In this document: positions 21,608-33,562 of the stretch, piece after piece
Layout: each line of letters begins with the position of its first letter
Numbering within the stretch: the stretch's first letter is position 1
From: Phyllobates terribilis
Lineage: Eukaryota
Assembly: GCF_046119375.1 (NCBI RefSeq)
Contig: NW_027362765.1
Span: 440,076,001-440,140,000, forward strand
DNA: 64,000 nt
Direction of reading: 5' to 3'
Made by a program: the position numbers and the translations under genes
The notes under the pieces: generated by a model
Databases searched by the model: none
Seen by the model: the letters and a program-made list of their open reading frames with translations, nothing else
What the model was told of the DNA's origin: nothing

Positions 21608-24600
21608 TGATGCGCCCCCTGGGCCATGTTGTGCAGCGTTGCGCATGCGGGGAATACCCGGAGCCGGATCTGATAGGGGTAGTAGTCCTCGTGGCGGTGA
21701 CCCAGTCCGTGCCCAGGGTGTCAAACCAAGTGGCAGAACTTAGAGTAAGATGTTATATTGTTCGACTACGCCACCCGTTGATTGCGGCTATGAAGCCGCC
21801 GCTGCAGGGCAGACCGCTGAGGCCGGTGGTACGGGTGTGCAGCGTGGATAGTATAACCCCCAACGGGAGGGGTATGGCCCCAGGGCAGCAGGCGAAGAGG
21901 GGATGATGGTAGTGATGTTATAGTAGTCCCCGTCCTAATAGTGCTAATGCGACAAGGAATCAGTGAGACGTACAGCTGCAGTTTTCAATGCTTTACTCAC
22001 AGTTCTTTATCAGGTCCCTTGTGCGCAGTCAAGACCGCCCGAGTCATGCTGCGTCCACCAGGTCAGGGACTCAGCCAACTCCCAGGCAATTCCAGAGCGT
22101 GGTCCAGAGCTCCCCTCTCTTCCTTCCTACTGGCCGTCCCCACCAGGGACCCACCTTTGTCCGGCTCCCTCGGGCCTTTTGGTGGCGAAGCCTTTCCCGG
22201 TTTCCCTGACCCTATACGGTATGCCTTCCTGGTGGATATGGTGAGGGGTCGCGCCAAGACTTGACCACGACCTCCGGTTCCTGGCTAAGGATAATTGGCC
22301 TCCACCAGTTTGGGATCCGGTACCCTGTTCTGCCAACCCTTCACCCGTTATTCCGTGGGATCTTAGGGTTCCCTCTTTTCTTGCGTCTCTGGGCCTTTCC
22401 TGGTGTTTATGTTCCTTCTTCCTCTTACTTCTCTCTCTCTCTCTGCTTCAGGCCTCCACTTCAGGCCTGGCTCTGGAGCTGGGCCCGGACTGAGCCACAG
22501 CTCCCTGTCAGCCCTCTCTGGCTGAACTCTCTCAGACTGCACTCCTCTGCACCTCCTCTGCACCTCCTCCCCGTTCTATCATGGTGCCCACCTTTTATAC
22601 TCCCTTCTGACACCCGAGCCCAGGTGACCAGCACCCAATGGGCTCCTACCTATGCCCAGAGTCCCTCCCCTGTCTGCTCCTACACCACTGGGATATTCCT
22701 CCCCCCTCCCCACTCCAGCCAGGGACAGACGCTGTCGTACCTGCACATCTATCTGGTGGGAGTACCGTTGATCTGTCCCCCGGAAATGGGGTGAGTGTAG
22801 TGTATGCAGCTAACTGAGCCCCGTTCCACACTCCATCCTTACCCGGGAGTGGAATACCGCACCTCTGGTTCGAGGTGCAATACCCCTGCAGCAGCCGAGT
22901 CCTCGGGGTGCTACATTCCCCCCTGGTAAATCACAGCACGTCCTCGGGCTGGAATAGAATAAAAACATTTTAAACATACAAATATTTTTAAAGTGCACTC
23001 GCATATAAGACATTAACTATGAACTCATCCCCTTTATGAGAGGTACTCTTTTCTTCTTAACGTTACTGGCATAAAACATTTTTAAAACATTCTACTAATG
23101 CCACCGGAACTCTTTTGTAAAACACTATATAAAACTTTTGGCATTATCATTTTAGCAGCATATTAAACTTTCCATTATAAGACATTTTTTTTACACAAAC
23201 ATTTTCAACACATATGCTTGAGCTCCGGCCACTGTGCAACTTGCGACCAGGTAAAGTGCAACAGACACTACTTCCAAGGTAGAAAGGCAGTTCTTATAAA
23301 ACCAATAGGGGGCGCTTTAAGAAACGCAACTATGTACAAGGGTATGGCCGCTCTCAGTCCTCGGCCAGTGGGAATAGGGGAATGGCTGCTCACAGTCCTC
23401 AGCCTGGTTAGGGATTAGGGGCACACAGGTAACAGTTCTTTAACAGTTCCATACTAGTCCCAACGGGGACCACACTTCAATCAGCAAGAGTCCTTGTACC
23501 CCGACGGGTAACTATATACAGTTCCACTTTACCATTCTCTAATAATGGTGTCCTCCTTGTTCTTCCGGGTAGTCTTCAGGTCTGTTCGGACCCTCGATGT
23601 ACTCTGTTTCTTGGTGGTACTGTAGCTCCTCCTCCGTGAGCCTGTGAACGTGGAGGGTGTATGGTCCTTTGGCACCCTTGTGCTGGGTGAAGGTGACCAC
23701 ATCACCCGGGTAGAGATCACGTCCGTGGTGTCCCTCCGGCAGGTGGCTGTGGCAGTGAAGCTCTCCTCTGTATCCGACATCCTCCTCCCCCTAGTGGACC
23801 GTGGCCTACCTTGCGATGATCCTCTTCCGTAGGCCGCGGCTCCGCAGTGGATCGTCAGGGTTGAGGACCTTCCGTCGCGCTCCTGTGACGTCGGCGTCTG
23901 CTGGGCTCCTTCCAGGACCTTACGCAACGTCCGGACGTGAGGCGGAGCTTCAGTTCTCGGGCGCTTTCGGAGTCCACGCCCCTCTTCTTCCCGCGCGGCG
24001 TCCTCAAGATGGCGTCCAATGGCGGGAAAACTCCACGGATGGCGGGAAGAAGGCAGAAGATGGCGTCGGATGGCGGGAAAACTCCACGGATGGCGGGAAT
24101 CCTCTGGAATTGGCGGGAGACTTCTTTTTGAGGTACATGTGAACTTTTCTTCAGGCACGCAGTACCCGGTGGTTGCGGGCACGAGATCCTGGGCCCCCTG
24201 GGCCTGTGCTGCTGCTGCTGTGCAGGGGGAATACCCGGAGCCGGATCTGATAGGGGTAGTAGTCCTCGTGGCGGTGACCCGGTCCGTGCCCAGGGTGTCA
24301 AACCAAGTGGCAGAACTTAGAGTAAGATGTTATATTGTTCGACTACGCCACCCGTTGATTGCGGCTATGAAGCCGCCGCTGCAGGGCAGACCGCTGAGGC
24401 CGGTGGTACGGGTGTGCAGCGTGGATAGTATAACCCCCAACGGGAGGGGTATGGCCCCAGGGCAGCAGGCGAAGAGGGGATGATGGTAGTGATGTTATAG
24501 TAGTCCCCGTCCTAATAGTGCTAATGTGACAAGGAATCAGTGAGACGTACAGCTGCAGTTTTCAATGCTTTACTCACAGTTCTTTATCAGGTCCCTTGTG

Positions 24601-25492
24601 CGCAGTCAAGACCGCCCGAGTCAGGCTGCGTCCACCAGGTCAGGGACTCGGCCAACTCCCAGGCAATTCCAGAGCGTGGTCCAGAGCTCCCCTCTCTTCC
24701 TTCCTACTGGCCGTCCCCACCAGGGACCCACCTTTGTCCGGCTCCCTCGGGCCTTTTGGTGGCGAAGCCTTTCCCGGTTTCCCTGACCCTATACGGTATG
24801 CCTTCCTGGTGGATATGGTGAGGGGTCGCGCCAAGACTTGACCACGACCTCCGGTTCCTGGCTAAGGATAATTGGCCTCCACCAGTTTGGGATCCGGTAC
24901 CCTGTTCTGCCAACCCTTCACCCGTTATTCCGTGGGATCTTAGGGTTCCCTCTTTTCTTGCGTCTCTGGGCCTTTCCTGGTGTTTATGTTCCTTCTTCCT
25001 CTTACTTCTCTCTCTCTCTCTGCTTCAGGCCTCCACTTCAGGCCTGGCTCTGGAGCTGGGCCCGGACTGAGCCACAGCTCCCTGTCAGCCCTCTCTGGCT
25101 GAACTCTCTCAGACTGCACTCCTCTGCACCTCCTCTGCACCTCCTCCCCATTCTATCATGGTGCCCACCTTTTATACTCCCTTCTGACACCCGAGCCCAG
25201 GTGACCAGCACCCAATGGGCTCCTACCTATGCCCAGAGTCCCTCCCCTGTCTGCTCCTACACCACTGGGATATTCCTCCCCCCTCCCCACTCCAGCCAGG
25301 GACAGACGCTGTCGTACCTGCACATCTATCTGGTGGGAGTACCGTTGATCTGTCCCCCGGAAATGGGGTGAGTGTAGTGTATGCAGCTAACTGAGCCCCG
25401 TTCCACACTCCATCCTTACCCGGGAGTGGAATACCGCACCTCTGGTTCGAGGTGCAATACCCCTGCAGCAGCCGAGTCCTCGGGGTGCTACA
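21608..25492 (-). mobile_element. Element X2: non-autonomous relative of X1, with a gag start fused to the 3' half of the CSD gene
   Basis: LTRs 21608-22915 and about 24191-25492; flanking duplication CATAG; PPT complement TTCCCCCCT after 22915; 3' UTR homologous to X1; PBS largely deleted at about 24190. Confidence 0.92.
23539..23748 (-). pseudogene. C-terminal half of the CSD protein in X2 (69 aa plus stop), out of frame with the upstream gag ATG at 23780
   Basis: SHLPEGHHGRDLYPGDVVTFTQHKGAKGPYTLHVHRLTEEEL is 36/42 identical to the X1 protein. Confidence 0.9.
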
Positions 25493-27390
25493 CATAGCAT
25501 CCTGCAGAGTCTCAGGTGCAGGGAATGCAATTAGCAGATCCTTAACCCTTTCACTCAGACCAGCAAGAAATAAACATCTCAGCGCAGGATCATTCCACTT
25601 AACTTCTGAAGCCCATCTCCTGAAGTGTGTGCAATCATATAATAGCCCCATAGCAGAAAAAAATTCTTCAACAGACCTTAAACACAGATCATTAGGTTGG
25701 AGATAAAAGGCCCACCCCTGTGGTTCGTTGCGCAAAAGTGACATAATAAAACCAATGCGCTGTGATTCATTCCGAGAGGACCTTGGTCTCAAACGAAAAT
25801 ATAACAAACAAGCATTTTTAAAGGAAAAAAAATCTTGCTGTTTACCAGAAAAAACATCAGGCAGTCCTACCTTGGGTTCGACAAAATGAGCTCCAGAACA
25901 GCTACTCACGTGTTGCTGAAGCTCGGCCACCTCCAGAGACAATCCCTGCAGGCGTTGAGCCAAATCCTGGATGGAAACCATACTGATCCCCGAATTTCTT
26001 TCCTTTTCGTTTTTTTGGGCTGGACTTACTGTTATGATCTGCAACATGTACTAAGGAAAGATAGGGGAAAGCTGTCCCTACAGTAAGACTAAGCTGAATC
26101 CCTACGAGGTAGCGGGCTGCCTGTTCCTAGTGAACAGACCCGCCTTAGTCCTCGGCTAGTCTGAACGAAGACCTATAGAATTAAAGGAGGGATCCCTAAA
26201 AGAACTAAGGACTGGGACAAAAATGGGACACCTCCTAAACAGAGAAGTTGTTGCAGAACACAAAAAGACAAACTGACAAAAATGTACTAGAGGTCCCAGA
26301 GGACCAAGTGAACTTGACAGAGAAAGGCACCGAAGCACCAGGCTAGAGAAACAGTCAAACACTGAAGTCCAGCACAGCCACAAGGACGGAGCTGGAATAT
26401 AAAGGCAGATGGTCACGTGATCGCAAAACACAAGATAGAAAAAACTAACAGGAGGGTTCTAACAATTTTGACATGAATTCAATTCACATCAAATCAATTT
26501 GCTTATCTCAACATTGAACAAAATCATGATACTAAGTATTAACAAGTCATCACTCTGCAAATATACAATAAACAGGCAATTAGATTAGCATATGACATAA
26601 TAAATATAGAAATGAAATTTAGAAGATTTTGCTAATACAACTTTTACTTCTGATTAAAAAAAATAATTTAGGGAAAAGGCCTTTTAATTTTACAGCACAA
26701 TACTTAGAATCTATTGGTTCTTTTGTACTTTGCTGAAGACCATCAGAAATAGTTTAAAACGTCCTTAAGAGAATTGGGCACTGGGCTGCAATATACATAT
26801 TATTTAATAATAAGACTATGCTCCCAGTGTGTCACTTGTATTTATGCATAGAGAGTTGTAATAGGAATATGCTGATATCACTGGGTCTTCCTCCAGCCAG
26901 AAAGGGGAAGGTTGTGTCAGGGCAGCCAAAAGCTGAGCCAGCTTTCCTCTTTAACTTTGCACTAATAGTTGTGATCTAGCTGTCATGTCAGGTTGTATTA
27001 AAACTATACTACAATTTTCTTTTTTGCTGTAATGCCAAAGAAATGTGGGGCATGTTATTGATGTAACACGCCACATGTCCATACGGCGAAACAAATATAA
27101 CAGAATGGTTCTGAAATGGTTTTAGAACGAATTTAGCCAGGAATGTTGCCAAACTCTACTTTCTGCCAATTCTGCTATACGGATGTCAAATTTTCGTTAA
27201 TTGGCATGCCGGACCATAAATAAAATAGATTTTTTCAGATGTTTTTTATACCATGTTAGATTTCACAAAATGTTCTGAAACACTTTTTGGCAGTACAAGG
27301 CCAATAGTTATGATTCACATTATGTTTTCTCAATAATTTCTGGATTTACTCTATTTCTGAAGTTACTCCTCTTTAACCATACCTCAATAT

Positions 27391-27607
27391 TAGGGATCAG
27401 CAGACCAGTGGAAGTTCGGGTTCTGGTAACCTACCCGAACTTTATTCCAAAGTTCGGTTCTGATACGCGAACTTTACCCGAACTTGAACCAGAATCCAAA
27501 CCCCCTTGAAAACATTTCCAGGGAAAGTCCGTGTTTGGCTTTTAGCACCAGACAGTAGCTCTTCAGTATGAACGCCAAACTTTTAACTTATGGCTCGCTC
27601 ATCTCTA
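27391..27607. mobile_element. hAT-type non-autonomous element
   Basis: Ends TAGGGATCAGC...GCTCATCTCTA; degenerate 8-bp TSD CTCAATAT/TTCAGTAT; GTTCGG/CCGAAC subterminal motifs. Confidence 0.7.
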
Positions 27608-27718
27608 TTCAGTATTTAAAAGAATAGCGGTGGAGTTTATTACGAGGGAGCCAATAAATCTACTATTACTGAAGTTAGAAAACAGCTCAAATTGTAGTAC
27701 AAGTCTTGACTAGGGTAT

Positions 27719-28179
27719 TGTAAAGTGTCTGCATTTTGATTGACAGCCCTGCTAAATCTAACCTAGCCTGCCGGCGTTCCTCCAGGCGCCTCCCATTCTT
27801 AATTAATTGCTAGCTATTTAGCTGGCTAGCTATGAGCAGACCATTGTTAGTTGTAGCTTTGCTCTGTGATGTGTGTTCTTTTCTCTGTGTCTGATTCCCT
27901 GATCTTGTTGCCAGACCTTGGATTTGCGTTACTATTCGTGTTATCCCTTTTGCTCTTGACACTCTCTGACCTCAGGTACCTGACATCGGACTTGGCCTCT
28001 GACTATCCATTTCTCTTATCCCCTTATTTTGACATTCCCTCCTGGCATTTGACCCCGGACTGTTACTTGACCATGCCTTTGTACTGCCCCTCTGTACTAC
28101 GAGCCTGCCTTGTATCTGACCTCGGACCTCTTGACTACCCTGTCTCTCAGCTAGTCTGTGAGTAGTGATTCACCGTCAC
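27719..28179 (+). mobile_element. Probable solo Gypsy-type LTR
   Basis: TGTAAAG...CGTCACA ends with pyrimidine-rich internal repeats (gacc.cggac.tg..tctgactac). TSD not matched. Confidence 0.45.
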
Positions 28180-29184
28180 ACAAATAAGACACAATGCTGA
28201 GTGACGAGGAAATATATGGCCACAGCAGCCTTTATTACTTACAACATATATCAAAACCAACCATAATACACTTTCTTCTTTAAGGAGATCCTGGATGGCC
28301 TAACACTGGATAGCACCATAATAAATACTCCCCTGTAGCATCACTCCAACTCGTGGTTGACAAATGTCATGGTATTGTCCTCTCTACAACTTTTTCATTT
28401 GTTCACCAGGAACTGTCTCAACAGGAGCTAAACCATAACTCAATAACGAAGGGTCAATGTACCTATGATGTGACCCTACCCCATAAATCAAGGCCATCAC
28501 TGCTGTGACATAACTATAAAAATAGTCCAAACCAACACACCACCACCAGAATTTTATGGTAGCAGAATGAAGAAAATAACATAAGGGCAGGTGGATGGGT
28601 CGTTCACTGGTCCTGGATTCACAGGGAAGACAATGGTCCAACGGCTTCTATTCTTTTTTATAAGGTACCCGCATCTTTTACAGACCCCTTGCCATAACTT
28701 CATACCCAATACTAAGCTGAATCCCAACCTATGTGACCCGGATTCTAACCCTACACCCCCTAACTTTATTTTATGGACATGCAAAACTACCTATTAACCC
28801 TTTCCTGGCCTTCTTCTTCCAAACCTCTGTCATGTCCGGGCCTCCACTCTAGCTACGCCTGTTGCAGCCCTATCTATTCCTGCTCATATCAGACATACCT
28901 TCATATTATGGTGGAAGGACAATCAAATTTATTAAAGGGAATCTGTCACCACTATGGAGTTATCAGACCTCTGCTATGGCCATACAGGGTATAGAAAAGT
29001 AAATCTATACATACCTGTATGGCCTATAGTAGAGGTTTGATTGCAGAGAAAAGCGCTTTAATCAATTCTATTTTGTACAGGCTTGGCGTCTGGGGAACAG
29101 GAAGAAATCCCCGCCTATGTGCTCATTATTACCCTAAATCCCCGCCTATATGCTTAATTATCATATTCCCCCCTCCGCTGAACA

Positions 29185-29486
29185 TCACAGGGCCCTGTGC
29201 ACTGTGCTCCCTGACTTCCCGAGCATGCGCAAAGCGCCGCTCACATAGAGCTCACACCGCTCACATAGAGCGTACTTTGCTTCATCCCAGCCCCATCTGC
29301 TTGTGCAATGCGCTGCAGGGTTCTATTGTGCAGGTGTCGGGGGGTCACTCTCACTTCCCGGCGCCTGCGCAATAGAACCCTGCAGCGCAGAGCACATAGA
29401 GACGGGGCTGGGATGAAGCACAGCGCGCTCTATGCGAGCGGTGCTTTGCGCATGACCGGGAAGTCAGGGAGCACAGTGCCCTGTGA
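29185..29486. repeat. About 300-bp imperfect palindrome, probably the core of a T2-type MITE starting TTAAAGGGAATCTGTCA at 28932
   Basis: Arms CACTGTGCTCCCTGACTTCCC...CTGCAGGGTTCTATTG and CAATAGAACCCTGCAG...GGGAAGTCAGGGAGCACAGTG. Confidence 0.8.
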
Positions 29487-29605
29487 CTTGCAGGGGAGGG
29501 GTGGGAATATCAGTTAAAATCTTCTGTGCTTTTACATTTTCTAATAGATTTTTTATAGCTCAGTTTTTTTATACAGAATTTCAAATCCTAAGAATGGCCA
29601 TAGGG

Positions 29606-30051
29606 TTAAAGGGAATCTGTTAGAAGGTTTTTGACATTTAATCTGAGAGCAGCATGATGTAGGGGCAGAGAGCCTGATTTCAGGATGTGTCACTTGCTCA
29701 GTAGCTTGCTTTAGTTTCAATACAATCAGTGTTTTATCAGCAGAATATTATCACTACAGGCGTAGGTGTCACGTGTCAGGCAGTCCAGCTAATCTGTTTA
29801 ACCCCACCCCTATCACTGATTGGCAGCACAATGTGCAGTGTGCACAAGAAACTGCCAATCAGGGGTGTGGGCGTGGTTATACACAGCTCAGCACTGCTAC
29901 ATCTGCAGCAGAGAAAACAGGGATTCTATCAAAATTACAAATTATACCAAGCAGCCCAGTAAGTAATACATTGCTGGAATCTGGCTCTGTGCCCCTACAT
30001 CATTCAGCTCTCAGATTCCATAGCAAAAACCTCCTGACAGATTTCCTTTAA
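29606..30051. mobile_element. T2/Kolobok-type MITE
   Basis: TTAAAGGGAATCTGT...ACAGATTTCCTTTAA; internal inverted repeats. Confidence 0.8.
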
Positions 30052-31152
30052 ATTATAAACTTTTTTTCAGCCACCACTAGGGGGCACTTAGGAGCTTACT
30101 GAATACTGCTTTATTATTACATTAAATGTACAATCAGTATGCAGTAACTGCTATGTTTCCTCCAGTGGTGGCCGCAGGCAGCCATAGACTTAGCATTTAT
30201 CTTCATATCATTTAGTGGATTTGGAGCTCTGTACTAGAGATGAGAACAAAAATTGATGTAAGGATACATTGAAAAATTACTTAGTGTATAATTTTGGACT
30301 TATTTATGCAAATTAGTTCACCTTCAGAAGAAAGAAATCAGTTTTTTTTCAAGTGCCACTTATAGGATATTACCCTACAATAAAAGAAAAGAGAACAAGT
30401 AGCTTTCATAGACCTATCTAGATAAATAAATGTCTTCATTTTAAGGCATTGTAACTATCCATATAGTATTATTCTTGGAGGTTGCTCTGACTTTTTATAT
30501 TACATTGTTTTGCATGGCGCAGAGCTCTATGGTACAGAACATTAATTACATTGGTGATCATGGCAACCTTGTCTGTCACACATCAGGAGGGACACTTGGG
30601 AAATTTCCTAGTCAATGTTACGAAGGGCAGGACAAACCTCCCGAGACAAGACCCTTATTATACAGAAGGATTTCAAGCGCTTGATTAAATAAACTTTTAA
30701 AACTTATCTACTGGAAGAAGAAGAAGGGAAAAAAAATCACCTATTCTCATTATGCTGCTTTTGAGACTTATCCACAATTGCAATTAAATGATGGAACTGT
30801 GATGAAGTGGTTAAAGTTCTATGACAATAACAATATAACTTTGGTAAAGCGGTGGGACATGTAAATCTAGACTTTTTAATTGAGGACTTATCCTTAAAAC
30901 ACACCTAAACAAAAACTTCTTAATTGTTTATTCAGACCCAGCGCCATATGCAAAATTATGGCTGTGTCTGGTACTATAGTTCACATGAGTTCAATGTGCG
31001 TAACTAATCCTCTACCAATCCTTCATAAAGGATAATAGATAGTAATAAAAATGTTGGCAAATCTTGGTATTTGCAGCAATTTTAGTAAAATTGTAGCTAA
31101 AATGTTATTTAAGAAACGAGAGTATATTCTTAACTCCTGGTTTACAGGTTCA

Positions 31153-31517
31153 TTAAAGCGGTGTTCTCAAGCTTGAAAGTTATCACCTAATCATAGGATA
31201 GGAAACAACTTTCCAATCACTGGAGGTCATGACTTTCAGTGATCCTGACCACCATGACTCTGAAGAGCCCCACCTGAATGGAGTGGAAGTCAATAATGTG
31301 CACTACCGCTCCATCCATTCTTAATGGGAGTGCTAGAGATAGCTGAGTGCTGCTGATCTTCACTGCTCTCATAAGACTGAATGAGCGTCAATGCGCATGA
31401 TCGACCTTCACTCCATTGAGCCCAAGAGCTCCTGATTTCAGGATCGCTGGGGGTCTCGACAGTCAGACCCTCAGTTATCCCCTATCCACTATTTCAAATT
31501 TGAGACCACCCCTTTAA
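31153..31517. mobile_element. T2/Kolobok-type MITE
   Basis: TTAAAGCGGTGTTCTCAA...TTGAGACCACCCCTTTAA; internal inverted repeats. Confidence 0.7.
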
Positions 31518-32098
31518 CCTCCACCAGTGCTGTTGTTCTGCCAAGTAAATTTGGGCATGATGAAACTAATTCAGCATTTTAAATGCATCGCAAGTTTTGT
31601 TAAACAGAAGGGGGGGGATGTACATTTGCGTCTGCAGAAAAATTTCCACACAAATTGCAACATTGCATTGTTGTAAATGCCTGGGTCAAATTTATCAATG
31701 GAATAAAAAAGGTGGTGTGATTAACTTTTTGGTATCAAGTACGACATATTTATGATTAGATTTCTAAAATCAAAGTCACAAAATATTTGCATACTGTAGA
31801 CGTCTTAAAAAAGGCAAGGAATAAATACATTTATTTTTAATATGCATAAAAAGTTACAATTTGCACAAAATTCGACATTAGCGTGCTACATTTCAATCAC
31901 TGGTCACAGGCTGTTTCCTTACATTGAGAAATATACCAATTAACATGCATAAAGAGTTGCACTTTGGACAAAAAATATTTTTTTACATTGACTTGTGACA
32001 CAATCGTTTCAGGCTCTTATCTAAGATTGGAGAGTGTACTACTATGTTTAAAAAGTTGGCGCTGGTGCCTCTTATGGCCAGAAATGAATGCTATTTAC

Positions 32099-32677
32099 TG
32101 TCACGCACAGTGTGGGAAAGACTAAGTGGAACACGAAGGGATGAGGGGAAGGGAGCCCAGACACTAGGAAAAGGGGGGAGTGGAGACCCCTAGACTGATC
32201 TAATAATACCCTGCCTACCCTACCGTCCCTATATGGATTCCACACCAATCATCGAGCAGGAAACCTAAACCGTGTATAATCCTAGAGATAGGCCCGAGAT
32301 AGGGAGAGGGGGTGAGCACTGGTCAGTCCCCACTATAAACTAAAACAACAAGGGAGACAAACAAAGGGGGGAAAATGTAGCTTGAAAAAACACCAGAGGG
32401 ATAACATCAAACATCCTCCAAGGGCACCAGAGAGGAAGCTAGCCGACTGCTATAGCTCCAAGCCTTCACAAGGGAAAATGAGAATATCACCGGCGACTCC
32501 CTGAAGCAGACTGAGAGTTTATAAACACCCAGACCAGGGTGTCAAACAGAGCAGTAGGGAGGTTGCCGCTGGGTCCAAAAGTCAGAAAGATTAAGAAGGC
32601 ATCTGCAATGCTAACGCATTGACCTTCTGCAGCCAGATGCAGAGCGACTGTCTGTTACATCTGACACACTCGTCACA
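32099..32677. mobile_element. Solo Gypsy-type LTR
   Basis: TGTCACG...CGTCACA termini; near-TSD TTTAC/TTTAA. Confidence 0.6.
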
Positions 32678-32696
32678 TTTAACTGCAGATATAGGG

Positions 32697-33562
32697 TTAA
32701 AGAGAACCTATCAGGTGATTCATGCTGCCCAAACCACAGACAGCCTGAATCGCAGCTTGGCTGCACAATTGCATCCAGGTATATTTAAAAATATACTTAG
32801 AAAATCCCGCTTTTCCCAGCACTACTCTAGGTGGCCTATCCCTAGTTGCCCAGGGTTGGCACCAGACTAGTCCTGTCTCTTCCTATGGTCACTGCCCGGA
32901 TCTTCAAAGAATATTTTCTCTGAATCCGGTAACATTTCAGAAAACCTGGCTGCAACTCATGCGGTTTGGGCAGCATTAATTGCCTGATTGATTTTTAATC
33001 TGCAGGTAAATGTGGCTAAAATCACATTAAGCTGCCTTATTGGAAGAGCAGCTACAGGGAAAAAATGAATTTATATCCTCCTTGTAGCTCATGAGGGCTG
33101 TGCAGTCACTGCTGACTACGCAGTGAGCACACTGTTATCACTCCCCAGCTCTTTGATTGACAGCCGACTCTGCAGGATGTTTGTGCAGTGTGTGTATGTA
33201 GAGCATGCTGTCAATCAAAGTGCAGGGGAGTGATTAAAGCGGTACTTCCTGCACTGCCCCTATGATTAAAAGTGAGCGGCTACTGAGAAGCTATAAGTTC
33301 ATTTTCTGTCTGTAGCCGCTGCTTCAGGTGTAAAGTTGAGTTCCAAAAATGAGCTTTTAATGAGTTTTTGATGTTGCAGATATTCTGCACCTATTAATTA
33401 AAATAGGTTACTTCCAGTTTTTTAGAAGATTTGCAACATCAAAAGCTCAACAAATACCGATCTTGGGAATATAGTCTAGCATGATTTGGGTGCTGTTTAC
33501 CTGCAGATTAACCCTATATCTGCAAGTAGAAAGCATTTTTGGACATGACAGGTTCCTTTTAA
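32697..33562. mobile_element. T2/Kolobok-type MITE
   Basis: TTAAAGAGAACCTATCA...TGACAGGTTCCTTTTAA; central inverted repeat TCACTCCCC..TTTGATTGACAGC/GCTGTCAATCAAA..GGGGAGTGA. Confidence 0.75.

Larger units (their letters stand above)
20698..26464 (-). mobile_element. Element B: internally deleted sushi-type chromovirus (gag joined to integrase C-terminus/chromodomain), interrupted by X2
   Basis: LTRs 20698-21123 and 26030-26464; TSD ATTTC/ATTTT (one mismatch); PPT after 21123; gag remnants at 25498-25981 and about 21520-21603; chromodomain [26 protein letters not shown] at 21136-21498. Confidence 0.92.
7834..26511 (-). mobile_element. Decayed hAT DNA transposon hosting nested LTR elements A, X1, B and X2
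   Basis: Degenerate ends TAGAGATTGGCAAATT (7834) and AATTTGCTTATCTCAA (26511) resemble TAGAGATGAGCGAA-type TIRs. Transposase remnants lie at 8140-9729, with further hAT-like sequence at 19667-20692. An 8-bp TSD is not recognisable. Confidence 0.6.

Noticed and set aside
28200-28930. Possible old LINE or ERV coding remnant
   Set aside because: Only a weak KLGGVGL resemblance; all frames are broken.
30690-30860. Possible host exon (…FETYPQLQLNDGTVMKWLKFYDNNNITL then GTAAAG)
   Set aside because: No convincing acceptor, no recognisable protein and no partner exons.
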